Below, piece after piece: positions 21,377 to 24,296 of a DNA stretch of 24,296 bases. The stretch is taken from contig NW_021836415.1 of the NCBI RefSeq assembly GCF_006345805.1, forward strand, positions 1 to 24,296, in the 5' to 3' direction. Position 1 is the first letter of the stretch. The number at the start of each line of letters is the position of its first letter. The stretch is from Octopus sinensis (taxonomy: Eukaryota). Position numbers and translations under genes: made by a program. Under the pieces are notes generated by a model. The model was not told where the DNA came from. It did no database searches and saw only the letters and a list, made by a program, of their open reading frames with translations.

Positions 21377-21418
<42 letters not shown>

Positions 21419-21419
21419 G

Positions 21420-21487
21420 TGTATGCATGAACGTATGCGCGTATTAATATGTGTGTGTGTGTGTGTGTATTCATGAACGTATGCGCG

Positions 21488-21518
<31 letters not shown>

Positions 21519-21692
21519 ATTCATGAACGTTTGCGTGCGATGTATTATATATATATATATAATATATGTGTATATATGTATATATAATAATATATATTTA
21601 TTATATATATATAATATATGTGTGTGGGTGTGTGTGTGTGTTTGTATTCATGAACGTATGCGCGTTATATATATATATATGTGTGTGTGTGT
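21420..21692. repeat. Minisatellite-like array: four catgaacgt.tgcg.g cores separated by (TA)n/(TG)n
   Basis: Cores near 21427, 21472, 21522 and 21649. Confidence 0.85.
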
Positions 21693-21695
21693 GTG

Positions 21696-21918
21696 GGTCC
21701 ATAAAGACACACCCAATGGTTTTGATGTCACGATGGGAAGATCTGCTTCAGCACAAGTAGCTGATTTCCCAAACATCAATAGAGGTCGATATCTTGATGA
21801 TTGTTTACTTTACCTCCAAAATGTATCTGACCCAAAAGTACAAAAGGTTAAGAATAGTTTAGTTAAGTTGTTTTTCTTCCGTAGAATGGGCTTAGGCATT
21901 GTCTTTAGGATGATGTAA
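21696..21918 (+). mobile_element. Penelope-like element RT fragment
   Basis: NGFDVTMGRSASAQVADF...GRYLDDCL...SDPKVQKVKNSLVKLF matches the PLE RT pattern FDVTMGS.DGAE.CELVG...G.YRDDGL...SGP..E.IKK.I.K.F, with an internal deletion. Confidence 0.7.
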
Positions 21919-22349
21919 CGAAAGCCATCTTTAAATGAAAAACAGTGGAAAAAACGATGACTTTTTCAGTTGTTTTAAATCTTCAGTTTCTGGAAGAAAT
22001 CTCTTTGAAAGTTATTTTGGACTCGAAGGTAAGTGAATTCATTTTTGATTTTTTGTTTGACTAGTGATTTTTCGATATATATCATGAACAGTTAGTTATG
22101 TACGTAGCAGTCAGGTCACTTTCGAGTGCTATTGGTAACATGTAACCCAATACAAGCTTGCTTGGTGAGGAGGGTGTTTATTGGACACCTGCGGGATGAA
22201 AAAAACAAAACCGTCAAAGGCGGAGGCCTCTTGAGAGTCAACGGCCATCCAATAAATGTTAGCACGGGTACGCAGAGAAATTCCGGGATGGTGTCTGGCG
22301 TGCTGAAAGACCACTGGGAGTGAGGCGCCCCTCACCTTTTGTTAAAGCA

Positions 22350-22860
22350 AGTCTCTTTACCGCCAGTTGACAACCAGTGTTGGTGTGTTTACATTCCCCA
22401 TAACTTTGAGGTTTGGTGCAAAGGAGACCAATAGAATAAGTACCAGACCTTAAAAACAATTGTTTGACTAAAACCCTTCTTATCTCTCTCTTTCATATTC
22501 CATATGCCCCAGCATAGCTGCAGTCAAATGACTAAAGTAAAAGATAAAAGGTATATATATAGGAATTGAAACCCATTTGTGGTGCAGTTTTGCCTTCAGG
22601 CAATGGCGACCACGGTGGAATTTGAACACAGAACGTAGCGGCAGATGAAATACCGCTAAGCATTTCGCCCGGCGTGCTAACGTTTCTGCCAGCACGCCAC
22701 CTTCTTTCAGTTTCTGTCTACCAAATCCACTCCCAAGGCTGTGCTTGGTCTGGGGATGTAGTAGAAGACACTTGCCCAAGGTGCCACACAGTGGGACTGA
22801 ACCCAGGATCATATGAGTGGGAAGCCAACTTCCCAACCACAAAGCCACACCTGCACTCAT
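22350..22860. mobile_element. Cluster of SINE fragments: + body/tail 22350-22550, - third-family head 22600-22702, - first-family head 22705-22860
   Basis: Each piece aligns to the fuller copies elsewhere in the window. Confidence 0.8.
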
Positions 22861-23689
22861 GGCTTCTAATAATTAATTAGCATTAAGAGATGCAAATTAA
22901 TAAACTTTGGCCCAAACCATGACTAAAAGTTAACAAAATTCATTCATTCAGTCTCCTTTCATCGCATCAACCATCGAATGAGAAACCATTTCGAAAGAAA
23001 GAAAAAAGCTTTTCAACTTTTATTGTTCTTTACTGTTTTTTTTTTACTTGTTTGTCTTTTAATGAACTTATCTTTTGGTATCTGAGGGGTTTTGGTCAAA
23101 CTTCCGCCACTGCCATCACCAACCACCAGTGAAAAGTACAGAAGTACAAGTCTGAATAAAATCAAATAAAACTCTGAAATCAGTGCTCCAGTATGGCCAC
23201 AGTCTGATTGGAACCAGTTAAAAAATAAAAGGAAATGTCAGAAGTGAGTGATGTAGTCTTGACATGATCAGGTTCGGTGTGAGCATTCCGTTGTTAGAAC
23301 CATGACTAATTAATTCAGGGTTTTGTATTAGTTTAGATAACCCCATGGTGTTGAAGGTGACGTGGCGGAGGAGGACGTGTTTCTGAGCTCTGTTGAGTCA
23401 TTGAGGGCTTTTATGGGTTACAAGCCAAGTGAGACCATAACCTCATGGCCTATGCCAGCGGGTGTAACCAGCCTACTTATGCGTACCTTTCCTTCATTGG
23501 ACACTAAACTCTGCTTGCAAAGACCTCTCTCTGGGAGCCATTGGACTCACTGTCCAAGGCTACGATGCCACAATGAGCGCTATGGCGGCCAGGGCTCAGC
23601 TCAGCTCGGCTCGGCTATATACAAATATAGGTGTATGTGTATATATATATGTATATACAAATATATGTGTATATGTGTATGTTAATACG

Positions 23690-24296
23690 GTTTGGATTTC
23701 TATTAACAACGACCACCTGCATGATTAGCAATAAAATAATTCGTTTTTTTTTTTGGTGGCTGGGTGTCAGAAAATTTGAACTAGTCTGCTGGGTTTAACT
23801 TTTAGATTAGTCATGCGTTGCTAAAGAGGAGGGTAATTTAGATAAATTTTATAAAGGCAGTACAGTAGGCATAGGGCCCACATGAATTTGTTTTCAAATG
23901 AAAAATACTTTAATTCTACTACACTTGCCTCTTATATACATGGTTTAAAGAGTAATGAGAAAAGATATTCTTTGGAATGGTCTGTTATTTTGAGGGACCC
24001 TTACTTCAGAGTAAATATAAATAAGTATAAGCTATGTGTTAAGGAATCCCTTCCATCCTTAAGTTTTTTGGGCCCAAAACTTTAAATTTGCTGAGGTGAT
24101 CCCTTTCTGTAACCATAGGTTTTCATCTACTCTTTGAAAGTGTATAGAAATAAAAATGGTTGTAATAAAATTGTATAGGCTTACAGGAATTTGAAACCGG
24201 CCCGTTTGAATTTCTATTAACGACAACCAATTGCATGTTTAAGTAATGAAATAATGTTGTTTTTCTTTTGTGGGTGTTAGAAAATTTGAATAGCAT
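23690..24296. repeat. Degenerate ~95-bp direct repeat, period 514 bp (23690-23785 / 24205-24296)
   Basis: tttctattaac.ac.acca..tgcatg.tta...aat.aaataat...gggtgt.agaaaatttgaa at 23697 and 24211. Confidence 0.75.

Overview
AT-rich, microsatellite- and SINE-dense animal DNA. The SINE families, RTE/HERO/Penelope relics and microsatellite density point to an octopod cephalopod (inference). The only host gene I can support is the 3' end of a spliced + strand gene whose 5' part lies upstream of the window. Its exons are a RING-HC exon (977-1119), a 72-bp exon (8898-8969) and a terminal exon (10890-11089); spliced in frame they encode RING followed by a complete Death domain. The first Death-domain exon and its flanking intron have been tandemly triplicated. 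Copy 1 is now an open, in-frame 51-bp exon with intact splice sites (2954-3004), copy 2 is a dead 72-bp pseudo-exon (5808-5879), and copy 3 is the intact exon. The first intron also holds a fold-back element with a sense-strand minimal hammerhead ribozyme motif whose predicted cleavage site falls exactly at the inverted-repeat boundary. The last intron holds a 65-bp near-perfect hairpin. The rest is transposon debris (HERO/NeSL-type LINE, several RTE LINE 3' ends, a Helitron helicase fragment, a Penelope-like RT fragment, tRNA-derived SINEs) and simple repeats. Most ORFs in the supplied track are microsatellite artefacts. All alignments were made by eye.
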